A stretch of 32,000 bases of DNA, taken from Acutalibacteraceae bacterium. Lineage in GTDB: Bacteria > Bacillota > Clostridia > Oscillospirales > Acutalibacteraceae. The position numbers were made by a program, and so were the translations under genes. Under the pieces are notes generated by a model. It was given only the letters and a program-made list of their open reading frames with translations, made no database searches and was not told the origin of the DNA. The stretch covers positions 1-32,000 of the forward strand of contig JAZSRO010000036.1 in NCBI GenBank assembly GCA_045538515.1. Direction: 5' to 3'. Position 1 is the first letter of the stretch; each line of letters starts with the position of its first letter. Below, piece after piece: positions 1 through 8,293 of this stretch.

Positions 1-10
1 ATTTATAAAT

Positions 11-73
11 CCTCCGTTTGTGTTTCGCTTTGACTGGCAGGTCTTTGCTATTTTAACACAAACGGAGGTTTTT
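11..73 (+). terminator. Long perfect hairpin plus T-run, a putative intrinsic terminator of a gene lying upstream of the window
   Basis: CCTCCGTTTGTGTT (11-24) pairs perfectly with AACACAAACGGAGG (55-68) around a 30-nt loop and is followed by TTTTT (69-73). Confidence 0.4.
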
Positions 74-95
74 GTTCATCGGTTAACCTTTTTTG

Positions 96-120
96 AACCA
101 CGCGACTATCGCGTGGTTTT
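96..120 (+). other. Second stem-loop with a weak T tract
   Basis: AACCACGCGA (96-105) is the reverse complement of TCGCGTGGTT (109-118). It is followed by TTCGTT, which is a weak U tract. Confidence 0.3.
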
Positions 121-133
121 CGTTATACAACAA

Positions 134-167
134 TAAAAAAACTGCACTCATCCGAGTGCAGTTTTTT
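134..167. terminator. Bidirectional intrinsic terminator that ends the acyltransferase gene on the minus strand
   Basis: An A-run (134-140) precedes the stem ACTGCACTC (141-149), which pairs with GAGTGCAGT (154-162), followed by a T-run (163-167). It lies 9 nt beyond the stop codon at 176-178. Confidence 0.7.
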
Positions 168-175
168 GTTATATG

Positions 176-1438
176 TTATTTTTCGCCTTTTTTCATAATA
201 TAAAGTTCTTCCGCCGCAATTCTCGCTTTTGCAACATTTACTTTACCCTTGGGGAAACAATAATAAAGCCTTTGCTTGTCCCCAATGCAAATCACATCAC
301 CAATTTCATACCAAAAATAATCGGCATAAAGTCCATAATTGGCAAGAGGAGACTGGCGATATGTGAGTCGTCCGTCACAACCCGTAAGCGTAAATCCGTT
401 TTCATCGTGTGTAAGGTGTCCGTCACCAACCATGTAAATCGCCTTGAAGTCGGTTAGAATACCAATTTCAACATCACAGTCAAGTAGGTAACTGCCGTTG
501 AGTAGTTCCTTTTTTACACACTCGCGTTCCCACTTGTACCAGTCGGGTATGTGCGAAAATTCAGCATCACCGTGTCTTGAGTTCATCTGCCCAAATTCGT
601 CCATATAATACTGTTTGCCACATTCGCTACAGGTGAGCAATACGCCTTTGCCCTCTGTCTTGTTTTCAGAATTGCACGCAGGGCATTTATAAAGAATACG
701 CTCAAGTCCGTCTGCACGGAATTTTTCGGTTACAGCAATTTTTTGGTCGCGCTGACGCGCAAAATTGTCAAATGAAAATTCACTATCCAGTAAAGCGTCA
801 ATTTCTGTGACGCTTTTATCTTTAATTTCATCTGCCGTTAGTAAACATTTAACCTCGGCAGAGACTTTAACCTTGCGCTTTTGTAGGCCGTTATATAGTG
901 GGTCATAAAGGAAAGCACCGTCAGTAATAACCGTCACAACGGGAACACCGAGTTTTTTAATGAGGGTACCGAGTTTGCGCGGAAGGGCGGTAGCAGTGCC
1001 GTCAAAACTGTAACTTGCCTCAGGATACATCAAAACGCTTGTGTTTTTCTTTTTGATAGCGTAAATCATATCCATAATAAGCGAAACATCGGTCACAAAT
1101 TTTTGTGTTGGAATACAACCGAGCAACCGCATAAGCCATTCCTTGCCCACAAAACCGTCAGATGTGCATACAATACAATATTTTTTGGGGAAGAAGATGC
1201 GAGATGCAATCTTAAGGTCAATAAAACTTGAATGATTCATCAAAATAAGATACGGTCCGTCACCCGCCTCGTCCATTCGGGTTTTTGTGAATTTGAATTT
1301 AACCGTTAAGAGTTCAAAAAATGCCAAAATCCGTATTACCAGTGTCAAAATAAAAAGAGGTTTTATCGGTCGCCTGTGCGGCGGTTTTTTAATATTTATA
1401 ACCTTGTCATAATCGGCTTTCACAGTCTTAATCTTCAT
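176..1438 (-). CDS. PlsC/LPLAT-family acyltransferase (lysophospholipid acyltransferase-like) with a C-terminal zinc-ribbon-containing domain
   Basis: 420-aa ORF. It has an N-terminal TM segment and the HX4D acyltransferase motif in LILMNHSSFIDL, with FPEASYS-like YPEASYSFDG downstream. The C-terminal half carries CPACN...CSECG (CxxC-N15-CxxC). SD GAGGGG sits 6 nt before the ATG. Confidence 0.75.
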   Translation of the reverse strand: MKIKTVKADYDKVINIKKPPHRRPIKPLFILTLVIRILAFFELLTVKFKFTKTRMDEAGDGPYLILMNHSSFIDLKIASRIFFPKKYCIVCTSDGFVGKEWLMRLLGCIPTQKFVTDVSLIMDMIYAIKKKNTSVLMYPEASYSFDGTATALPRKLGTLIKKLGVPVVTVITDGAFLYDPLYNGLQKRKVKVSAEVKCLLTADEIKDKSVTEIDALLDSEFSFDNFARQRDQKIAVTEKFRADGLERILYKCPACNSENKTEGKGVLLTCSECGKQYYMDEFGQMNSRHGDAEFSHIPDWYKWERECVKKELLNGSYLLDCDVEIGILTDFKAIYMVGDGHLTHDENGFTLTGCDGRLTYRQSPLANYGLYADYFWYEIGDVICIGDKQRLYYCFPKGKVNVAKARIAAEELYIMKKGEK

Positions 1439-1502
1439 AAAATTCCCCTCAAATAATATCCTCGCCTATATTTTACATTATTATGTGTTGTTTTACAAGA
1501 AC

Positions 1503-2189
1503 TTATTGTCGCGAGAATTTTTCATAAAGGGAGGTGAGCGCCTTTTTTTCAAGCCGAGACACATAACTGCGCGAGATAGAAAGTATTTTTGCTACCTCGT
1601 GCTGTGTCTTCTCATTGTACCCGTATAGTCCATATCGTAGCGCTAAAATTTTCTGTTCTCTTATGGGAAGTTCTTTTATAAATTTTCTAAGTGATTCAAG
1701 TTTGATTTTTGTGTCAATGCTTTCAACAAAATCCTCATTGTCGGAAATAACATCAATAAGCGTTAGCGCGTTGCCCTCGCGGTCGGTGTCAATGGGGTCG
1801 CTTATGAATACATCGTTTGCACTTTTTTTAAGGCTTCTAAAGCACATCAAAATCTCATTTTCAATGCAGCGTGATGCGTATGTGGCTAGACGAATTCCTT
1901 TGTCGGAACGAAAAGACGAAACCGCCTTTATAAGTCCAATCGTGCCAATTGAAATTAAATCATCCTGCGGCACCTGACCGCAGTAGTACTTTTTCACAAT
2001 GTGAGCCACAAGCCGCAGATTATGTTCAATCAGTTTGTTTTTGGCGTTCTTATCGCCGTTTTCGCATTTTTTAACAAGTTCTGCCTCCTCCTTGCCGGAA
2101 AGAGCGCGAGGAAAAGCACCCGCCCCTGTAACATGTAACGCTAAAAAAACAAGCCCTTTAATAACTTCGCTCATAAGCGATAAAAACAT
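1503..2189 (-). CDS. sigK: RNA polymerase sporulation sigma factor K as pro-sigma-K; the gene is intact and uninterrupted
   Basis: The 228-aa product follows B. subtilis pro-SigK closely. Matching strings are VIKGLVFLALHV..AFPRALS (pro-sequence and cleavage region), LIEHNLRLVAHIVKKY, DLISIGTIGLIKA, ATYASRCIENEILM and the region 4 HTH TQHEVAKILSISRSYVSRLEKKAL. SD is GAGGAG. Confidence 0.85.
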   Translation of the reverse strand: MFLSLMSEVIKGLVFLALHVTGAGAFPRALSGKEEAELVKKCENGDKNAKNKLIEHNLRLVAHIVKKYYCGQVPQDDLISIGTIGLIKAVSSFRSDKGIRLATYASRCIENEILMCFRSLKKSANDVFISDPIDTDREGNALTLIDVISDNEDFVESIDTKIKLESLRKFIKELPIREQKILALRYGLYGYNEKTQHEVAKILSISRSYVSRLEKKALTSLYEKFSRQ

Positions 2190-2207
2190 AAAATCAACTC
2201 CTCAATA

Positions 2208-2234
2208 TAAACTATGTCTGCACATTTTGTCCGT
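2208..2234 (-). promoter_or_regulatory. Possible mother-cell (SigE/SigK-type) promoter for sigK
   Basis: The minus strand reads AC-N16-CATAGTTTA, which fits the SigK -10 consensus CATA-N3-TA, about 20 nt upstream of the sigK ATG. This is a motif match only. Confidence 0.3.
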
Positions 2235-2316
2235 ATTCGGTATTATAAAACGACAAAAGCAGAAAAACACTCTCAAAAATACATAATAAATGCCGATTTT
2301 TGATATAACAATGTGC

Positions 2317-2345
2317 TTGAAATGTATATTATGCTATGGTATCAT
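2317..2345 (+). promoter_or_regulatory. SigA-type promoter for the GH130 gene
   Basis: TTGAAA (2317-2322), a 17-nt spacer, then TATCAT (2340-2345) with an upstream TGg extended -10. It sits 33 nt before the ATG at 2378. Confidence 0.6.
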
Positions 2346-2377
2346 TAAAGTGTATAAAAGAGCAAAGGAGTATATTT

Positions 2378-3340
2378 ATGAGCTTTGATATTGTTAAAAG
2401 ATACGAACATAACCCGATATTAACTCCCGATGATATGCCGGCACCTTGCTGTGCTGTGTATAACTCAGGTGTTGTTAAAACACCTGAAGGTGAGTATATT
2501 ATGGCAAGCCGTTTTGAAGAGCCAAACAAAACCCAGTGCATTTGGGTTTCTCGCAGTAAAGACGGTATAAATTTCATTCCCGATGCAGAGCCGGTTAAAA
2601 TCGTTTGCAAACCCGAAGAGGAAGAAGAGTTTAACGAGATTGTTTACTTGAACGGCAACAAGGGTTCTCTTATCGGTTCTTGGTTTGACCCGAGAATTAA
2701 CCCCGTTGGAGACGAGTATTATATTACATATTGTGTTGGCGGTGACTATGGTTGCCGTATTGCCATCGGCAAGACTAAGGACTTCAAAACAATAGAACAT
2801 GTAAGTTTCCCCATGCATGTACTCAACCGTAACGCTGTTTTGTTCCCCGAGAAGATTAACGGCGAATATTGGATGCTTCACCGTCCGCAGAACGCTGCAT
2901 CAACAAGTGGCGGCTTCATCTGGATTGCATCTACAAAAGATTGGGAATATTGGGGCAACTGCAAGGTTGTTGCTAAACCCGAACAGTATTGGGAGAACAC
3001 CAAAATCGGTCCCGCAGCACCTCCGATTAAAACCGAAAAAGGTTGGCTTATTGTTTACCACGGCGTGTTCCCGAACTGCAACGGAATTAACTATGGTTGC
3101 GGCGTAATGATGCTTGACCTCGAGAAACCCTGGAAGGTAATCGGCCGTTGTCCTGACCCGATTTTGTATGTAAAAGAACCGTACGAAATGATTGGTCAGG
3201 TTCCGAATGTAATCTTCCCCGGCGCTGTAATTCCTGAAGATGACGGCACCGTTAAGATTTACTACGGCGGCGCAGACTATGTTCAGTGCCTTGCAACTGC
3301 AAAACTTGATGACCTCATCAACGCTTGTATTCCTCGCTAA
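2378..3340 (+). CDS. GH130 family glycoside phosphorylase (beta-1,4-mannoside / mannooligosaccharide phosphorylase-like)
   Basis: The product starts MSFDIVKRYEHNPILTPDD and contains the FDPRI motif, YYITYC, LHRP and the C-terminal IYYGGAD that is typical of the five-bladed GH130 fold. I chose the start at 2378 because of the AAAGGAG SD 7 nt upstream. The ORF-track start at 2336 lacks an SD. Confidence 0.8.
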   Translation: MSFDIVKRYEHNPILTPDDMPAPCCAVYNSGVVKTPEGEYIMASRFEEPNKTQCIWVSRSKDGINFIPDAEPVKIVCKPEEEEEFNEIVYLNGNKGSLIGSWFDPRINPVGDEYYITYCVGGDYGCRIAIGKTKDFKTIEHVSFPMHVLNRNAVLFPEKINGEYWMLHRPQNAASTSGGFIWIASTKDWEYWGNCKVVAKPEQYWENTKIGPAAPPIKTEKGWLIVYHGVFPNCNGINYGCGVMMLDLEKPWKVIGRCPDPILYVKEPYEMIGQVPNVIFPGAVIPEDDGTVKIYYGGADYVQCLATAKLDDLINACIPR

Positions 3341-3346
3341 AAGAAC

Positions 3347-3382
3347 AAAGGCTCTCTTACGAAAGTAGGGGAGCCTTTTTGT
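3347..3382 (+). terminator. Intrinsic terminator after the GH130 gene
   Basis: AAGGCTC..GAGCCTT stem followed by TTTTGTGTT, immediately after the stop codon at 3338-3340. Confidence 0.6.
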
Positions 3383-3413
3383 GTTAATATAATAAAATGT
3401 GTTTCTCGCTTTG

Positions 3414-3442
3414 TTGACATAAAGATAAATGGGTTATATAAT
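3414..3442 (+). promoter_or_regulatory. Consensus SigA promoter for ygiQ-luxS
   Basis: TTGACA (3414-3419), a 17-nt spacer, then TATAAT (3437-3442). It sits about 30 nt upstream of the ATG at 3472. Confidence 0.7.
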
Positions 3443-3471
3443 ATTTATATATCTTTTAAGGAGAGCGTAAT

Positions 3472-5325
3472 ATGCCCTTTTTGCCCATAACAGTTAAAGA
3501 AATGAAAGAATACGGCTGGGATAGCGCCGATTTTATAATAGTAACGGGTGATGCCTATGTGGACCATCCGTCTTTTGGTACTGCAATAATTTCGCGTGTG
3601 CTTGAATCTGCGGGTTATCGCGTGTGTATAATCCCGCAACCAAAAACCGACGCAGATTATATGCGTTTTGGAAAAGCGCGTCTTGCTTTCCTTGTGAATG
3701 GAGGAAATATAGATTCAATGGTCGCGCACTATACTGCGGCAAAAAAACGCCGCAGTGATGATGCGTATACACCTGGTGGAAAAGCGGGTGCCCGTCCCGA
3801 CCGCGCCGTTATAACCTACTGTAAAAACATTCGCCGTTTGTTCCCTGATGCACAAATCGCAATCGGAGGAATAGAGGCATCGTTGCGCCGTTTTGCCCAT
3901 TACGATTATTGGGACGATGCCGTTCGCCCGTCCATTCTCATAGATTCGGAAGCCGACCTTTTGATGTACGGAATGGGCGAAAAACATATTGTGGAAATCG
4001 CTGACAGATTACAGGCAGGTATTAAAATGCGCGATATAACCGATGTGCGCGGCACCTGTTATGCTGTGGACACAAAAGATTATAAACCAATGCCTGTAAA
4101 AGAATGTCCAAGTTTTGAGAATGTTTCTGCGAATACAGAGCAGGGAAGACGAAACTATGCAAAATCCTGTCTCATACAGCAAAACGAACACGATGCCGTT
4201 CGCGGAAAGATTGTCACCCAGCGCCACGCTTCAAAAATCGTTGTGCAGAACCCGCCAATGCCGCCCCTGACTCAAGAGGAAATGGATGCCGTTTACGCAC
4301 TGCCGTTTATGCGAGATTATCATCCGTCTTATAAAGCCCAGGGCGGAGTGCCGGGAATAGAAGAGGTTAAATTTTCAATCATACATAACCGTGGTTGTTT
4401 CGGAGCCTGTAATTTCTGTTCACTTGCGTATCATCAGGGCAGACAAATCTCGTCACGCAGTCACGATTCTGTTATAAACGAGGCAAAGAAGATAACCGAA
4501 ATGTCCGATTTCAAGGGTTATATTCACGATGTCGGCGGTCCTACCGCTAATTTCCGTGCCCCCGCGTGTGACGGGCAACTAAAGCGTGGCGTCTGTGCCG
4601 ATAAAAAGTGCTTAGCACCGTCTATGTGTCCCGCAGTAAAGGTGGACCATAGTGATTATCTTTCGCTTCTTCGTAAACTTCGTGCTTTACCGAAGGTTAA
4701 AAAGGTCTTTATCCGTTCGGGAATCCGCTTTGATTATCTTCTTGCAGATAAGGACGAAACCTTTTTCAAAGAACTCGTTGCCCACCATGTCAGCGGACAA
4801 CTTAAGGTCGCGCCTGAACACTGTTCAAATAATGTTCTGAAGCGAATGGGCAAGCCGCCCGTTGAGGTTTATAATAGATTCAAAAAGCGTTTTTATGAAT
4901 TGACACAGAGTATCGGCAAAAAACAGTTTTTAGTGCCATATTTAATGTCCTCCCATCCGGGCAGCACAATAAATGATGCCATCGAACTTGCGCTTTTCCT
5001 TAAAAAAGAAGGACTTCATCCCGAACAGGTACAGGATTTCTATCCCACACCCGGAACAATTTCAACCTGTATGTTCTACACAGGCCTTGACCCATATACG
5101 ATGGGGGAGGTTTATGTTCCGCGTACTCCGAAAGAAAAGGCGGAGCAACGCGCCCTCTTGCAGTACTTCCGTCCCGAAAATGCTGCAGTAGTTCGCGCAG
5201 CGCTTAAAAAGGCGGGAAGGTATGATTTAATCGGAGTGGGCAAAAATTGCCTCATAAAACCCGATGTAAGCAGAGGGCAAGGAAAACCGCAAAACTATAC
5301 TAAAAGAAAACAAAAGAGAAAATAG
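3472..5325 (+). CDS. ygiQ: YgiQ-family (UPF0313) radical SAM protein
   Basis: The 617-aa product has the N-terminus [34 protein letters not shown] that is characteristic of YgiQ. The radical SAM cluster motif CFGACNFC (CX3CX2C) is present, and the tail is lysine-rich. SD is AAGGAGAG. Confidence 0.85.
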   Translation: MPFLPITVKEMKEYGWDSADFIIVTGDAYVDHPSFGTAIISRVLESAGYRVCIIPQPKTDADYMRFGKARLAFLVNGGNIDSMVAHYTAAKKRRSDDAYTPGGKAGARPDRAVITYCKNIRRLFPDAQIAIGGIEASLRRFAHYDYWDDAVRPSILIDSEADLLMYGMGEKHIVEIADRLQAGIKMRDITDVRGTCYAVDTKDYKPMPVKECPSFENVSANTEQGRRNYAKSCLIQQNEHDAVRGKIVTQRHASKIVVQNPPMPPLTQEEMDAVYALPFMRDYHPSYKAQGGVPGIEEVKFSIIHNRGCFGACNFCSLAYHQGRQISSRSHDSVINEAKKITEMSDFKGYIHDVGGPTANFRAPACDGQLKRGVCADKKCLAPSMCPAVKVDHSDYLSLLRKLRALPKVKKVFIRSGIRFDYLLADKDETFFKELVAHHVSGQLKVAPEHCSNNVLKRMGKPPVEVYNRFKKRFYELTQSIGKKQFLVPYLMSSHPGSTINDAIELALFLKKEGLHPEQVQDFYPTPGTISTCMFYTGLDPYTMGEVYVPRTPKEKAEQRALLQYFRPENAAVVRAALKKAGRYDLIGVGKNCLIKPDVSRGQGKPQNYTKRKQKRK

Positions 5326-5333
5326 GTGCAAAT

Positions 5334-5801
5334 ATGGAAAGAATAGAAAGTTTTAAGATTAACCATCTTACGCTTAAATCTGGGCTTTATGTATCTCGCC
5401 GCGATTTCAAGAACGATATTTGTGTCACGACCTTTGATATGCGTTTAACCGAGCCAAACTACGAACCCGCTGTGGATGTAGCCGCGCTGCACACAATTGA
5501 GCATCTGGGCGCAACTTTTTTGCGAAACGGGGAATATAAAAAGGATATTGTGTATTTTGGTCCGATGGGTTGTCGCACCGGTTGCTATCTTCTGATGTTT
5601 GGCAATTTAGAGAGTGAAGATATATTACCGCTTGTGCTTTCTATGTGTGATTTTATAATAGAGTTTGAGGGAGAAATTCCTGGTGCCGCACCCGAACAAT
5701 GCGGCAATTACACAGAACAAAATTTATCTATGGCAAAATATTATATAAATAGATATAAAACCCGATTGCTTGAAAACAAATGTCTGAAGTATGAAGATTA
5801 A
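5334..5801 (+). CDS. luxS: S-ribosylhomocysteine lyase (AI-2 synthase) LuxS
   Basis: The 155-aa product has the metal-binding motif HTIEHL and the downstream FGPMGCRTGCYL (conserved Cys). It starts 8 nt after the ygiQ stop. Confidence 0.85.
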   Translation: MERIESFKINHLTLKSGLYVSRRDFKNDICVTTFDMRLTEPNYEPAVDVAALHTIEHLGATFLRNGEYKKDIVYFGPMGCRTGCYLLMFGNLESEDILPLVLSMCDFIIEFEGEIPGAAPEQCGNYTEQNLSMAKYYINRYKTRLLENKCLKYED

Positions 5802-5840
5802 AAAATAAAAAGCACTTACCGAAAGGTAAGTGCTTTTTTC
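5801..5840. terminator. Bidirectional intrinsic terminator shared by convergent luxS and rplL
   Basis: An A-run (5801-5810) precedes the stem AGCACTTACC (5811-5820), a GAAA loop and GGTAAGTGCT (5825-5834), followed by a T-run (5835-5839). Confidence 0.8.
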
Positions 5841-5854
5841 TAGCATAAGTTAGA

Positions 5855-6235
5855 TTACTTAAGTTCAACCTTAGCGCCAACTTCTTCAAGTTTAGCTTTG
5901 ATTGCTTCAGCGTCTTCCTTAGAAGCAGCTTCTTTAAGAGCCTTAGGAGCACCGTCAACGAGAGCCTTTGCATCAGCAAGACCAAGACCGGTAACCTCAC
6001 GAACAGCCTTAATAACCTTAATTTTCTCAGCACCAGCGTCTGCGAGAATAACATCAAACTCTGTCTTCTCCTCTGCTGCTGCAGCGCCACCTTCAACAGG
6101 ACCAGCTGCTACTGCAACTGCTGCTGCTGCGGATACGCCAAACTCCTCTTCAACTGCTTTAACAAGTTCAGAAAGCTCAAGAACAGTAAGAACTTTGAGC
6201 TCTTCAACAATAGCTGTAACTTTCTCAGATGCCAT
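5855..6235 (-). CDS. rplL: 50S ribosomal protein L7/L12
   Basis: The product reads [34 protein letters not shown], then an Ala-rich hinge, then [28 protein letters not shown]. The start at 6235 is preceded by GGAGGA. The ORF-track start at 6250 adds 5 unsupported residues. Confidence 0.95.
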   Translation of the reverse strand: MASEKVTAIVEELKVLTVLELSELVKAVEEEFGVSAAAAVAVAAGPVEGGAAAAEEKTEFDVILADAGAEKIKVIKAVREVTGLGLADAKALVDGAPKALKEAASKEDAEAIKAKLEEVGAKVELK

Positions 6236-6286
6236 TTTATTTTCCTCCAATTAAATATTTTTATATTTTTTATTAGTTTTTACGAC

Positions 6287-6796
6287 TTATTCGGCAGGAG
6301 TGTCGTTCTCCTTATCAACAATAGCCTGTACGGCACGCGCAAATGCTGCCATCGGTGCATTGAAAGCACCCAAAACTGTAGCAAGAAGAATTTCTCTTGA
6401 CGGAAGTTTAGCAAGGCTCTCAACAGTAGCAACATCAATAACCTTTCCATCAAGGAAACCGCATTTGATATTGAAACTTTCGTGGCTGTCAGCAAACTTC
6501 TTAAGAATTCTTGCAGCTGCAGTGTAATCGTCAGTGCTCATCGCAATAGCGGTGGTACCCTCAAGAACATTTTTCATCTCGGAAAGACCTGCATTATCAG
6601 CGGCAAGACCGAGGAGAGTGTTCTTAACAACGGTGTACTTAACACCTGCTTCACGCAATTCCTTACGAAGTGCAGTGTCATCAGCAACGTTTGTGCCTTT
6701 GTAATCAACAACAACACCAACGCAAGATGCCTTTAATTCTTCTGTAAGGTCAATGACGATTTGCTTTTTTTGTTCTAAAACTTTCTCGCTTGGCAA
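6287..6796 (-). CDS. rplJ: 50S ribosomal protein L10
   Basis: The 169-aa product has KKQIV..L...VVDYKG..V....LR..LREAGV.Y.VVKNTL, typical of L10. It uses a TTG start preceded by GGAGGTGA. Confidence 0.9.
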   Translation of the reverse strand: MPSEKVLEQKKQIVIDLTEELKASCVGVVVDYKGTNVADDTALRKELREAGVKYTVVKNTLLGLAADNAGLSEMKNVLEGTTAIAMSTDDYTAAARILKKFADSHESFNIKCGFLDGKVIDVATVESLAKLPSREILLATVLGAFNAPMAAFARAVQAIVDKENDTPAE

Positions 6797-6937
6797 ATTA
6801 AATTCACCTCCAAAAATTAAAGTGCCCGTCTAAAGACATAGACGGGCACAAACATACAAAAGTATAAGGTTTGTAATGCCATCCTCGGTAGGATTTACGC
6901 AAAAAGCACCTACTGTCTTTAGATTCGCAACACAAAT
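6797..6937 (-). promoter_or_regulatory. Ribosomal protein L10 leader (rplJL autoregulatory attenuator)
   Basis: This is a ~140-nt 5' UTR between the promoter (6938-6966) and rplJ. The terminator hairpin is GTGCCCGTC (6822-6830) paired with GACGGGCAC (6841-6849), with a U-tract on the minus strand. An upstream 9-mer (plus 6915-6923, GTCTTTAGA) is the exact reverse complement of 6829-6837, which overlaps the terminator loop and arm. That fits an antiterminator alternative. Confidence 0.6.
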
Positions 6938-6966
6938 ATGATACCACAAAGAACTGTGGTTGTCAA
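6938..6966 (-). promoter_or_regulatory. SigA promoter for rplJ-rplL
   Basis: The minus strand reads TTGACA (6966-6961), a 17-nt spacer, then TATCAT (6943-6938) with TGg extended -10. It lies directly after the rplA stop. Confidence 0.65.
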
Positions 6967-6975
6967 GCAAAATTT

Positions 6976-7671
6976 TTAAGCGCCAAACTTGTTAGGATTG
7001 AGTTTAACGCCGGGACCCATTGTGGTAGCAATAGCACAAGACTTAATGTACTGACCTTTAGTGGCAGCGGGTTTAGCCTTAACGATTGCGCCCATAAGGG
7101 TATCGAGGTTTTCTTTGAGCTTGTCAGCACCAAAAGAAACCTTGCCGATGGGGCAGTGAATAATGTTAGTCTTGTCAAGACGGTATTCAATCTTACCTGC
7201 TTTAGCCTCGGTAACAGCCTTAGCAACATCAGGTGTAACAGTACCTGCCTTAGGAGTAGGCATAAGACCACGCGGTCCTAAAACCTTACCAAGACGACCA
7301 ACAACGCCCATCATATCAGGTGTGGCAATAACAACATCAAAGTCGAGCCAGCCTTCGTTCTGAATTTTGGCAACGAGTTCTTCAGCACCAACAAAGTCAG
7401 AACCTGCTTCCTCAGCAGCCTTTGCGTTGTCACCCTTAGCAAGAACAAGGGTGCGAACCTTTTTACCTGTACCGTTGGGGAGAACAACAGCGCCTCTAAC
7501 CTGCTGGTCAGCGTGACGAGAGTCAACACCCAAACGAACGTGAATTTCAACAGTTTCATCAAACTTTGCAGTGCCGGTCTTAAGGGCAATCTCCAAAGCT
7601 TCATCAATATCATAAAGCTTACCTGTTTCAATAAGCTTTACACCTTCATTATACTTTTTACCGTGTTTCAT
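6976..7671 (-). CDS. rplA: 50S ribosomal protein L1
   Basis: The 231-aa product has MKHGKKY.., [51 protein letters not shown] is GGGAGG. Confidence 0.95.
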   Translation of the reverse strand: MKHGKKYNEGVKLIETGKLYDIDEALEIALKTGTAKFDETVEIHVRLGVDSRHADQQVRGAVVLPNGTGKKVRTLVLAKGDNAKAAEEAGSDFVGAEELVAKIQNEGWLDFDVVIATPDMMGVVGRLGKVLGPRGLMPTPKAGTVTPDVAKAVTEAKAGKIEYRLDKTNIIHCPIGKVSFGADKLKENLDTLMGAIVKAKPAATKGQYIKSCAIATTMGPGVKLNPNKFGA

Positions 7672-7727
7672 TTTAGTAAACCTCCCAATAAGTGGTAAAA
7701 TCGGAAATTTCCTCCCACGGGGGAGTA

Positions 7728-8153
7728 TTAGTCAACTACTTCGATTCCCATGCTGCGTGCGGTACCTGCTATCATGCTCATAGCAGTCTCAACCGAAGCG
7801 GCATTCAAATCGGGCATTTTTTGTTCAGCGATTTTTCTGACCTGTTCGCTAGTGATCTTGGCAACCTTAGTTTTGTTCGGAACGCCAGAACCACTTTCAA
7901 TTCCGCAAGCCTTCTTGATAAGAACGGCAGCGGGAGGAGTTTTAGTAATAAAGCTGAAAGAACGGTCTGCGTAAACAGTGATAACAACCGGAATGATAAG
8001 ACCGGCATCGTTCTTTGTGCGCTCGTTAAACTCCTTGGTGAAAGACATAATGTTTACACCATACTGACCGAGAGCAGGACCAACCGGGGGAGCCGGAGTA
8101 GCCTTGCCAGCGGGTATCTGTAATTTAATGTAACCTGTTATTTTCTGAGCCAT
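7728..8153 (-). CDS. rplK: 50S ribosomal protein L11
   Basis: The product starts [43 protein letters not shown]. The start at 8153 is preceded by GGAGGTG. The ORF-track extension to 8243 is not L11-like. Confidence 0.95.
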   Translation of the reverse strand: MAQKITGYIKLQIPAGKATPAPPVGPALGQYGVNIMSFTKEFNERTKNDAGLIIPVVITVYADRSFSFITKTPPAAVLIKKACGIESGSGVPNKTKVAKITSEQVRKIAEQKMPDLNAASVETAMSMIAGTARSMGIEVVD

Positions 8154-8293
8154 TATTTGCACCTCCAAAATTCGTGGTAGCGGTGTCAAAAACACCTGAC
8201 GGAGCGCAAAATATCGTTTGCGTTCCTCCCACCGTGGCACCATTTAGGTACCGGCGGCAAATAGCCGCGTTTAATACATAATAAAATGCATAG

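Noticed and set aside
1503-2189. I looked for a skin-like mobile element or recombinase interrupting sigK.
   Set aside because: The reading frame is continuous from pro-sequence to region 4.2, and no recombinase or att-like repeat is present.
8154-8293. A possible structured L11/L1 operon leader between nusG and rplK, and a small hairpin CTCCC-CCGT-GGGAG in the 56-nt rplK-rplA spacer (7672-7727).
   Set aside because: Only short 5-bp hairpins are visible. I cannot recognise the L1-binding rRNA mimic or a promoter by eye, so a covariance-model search would be needed before calling a feature.
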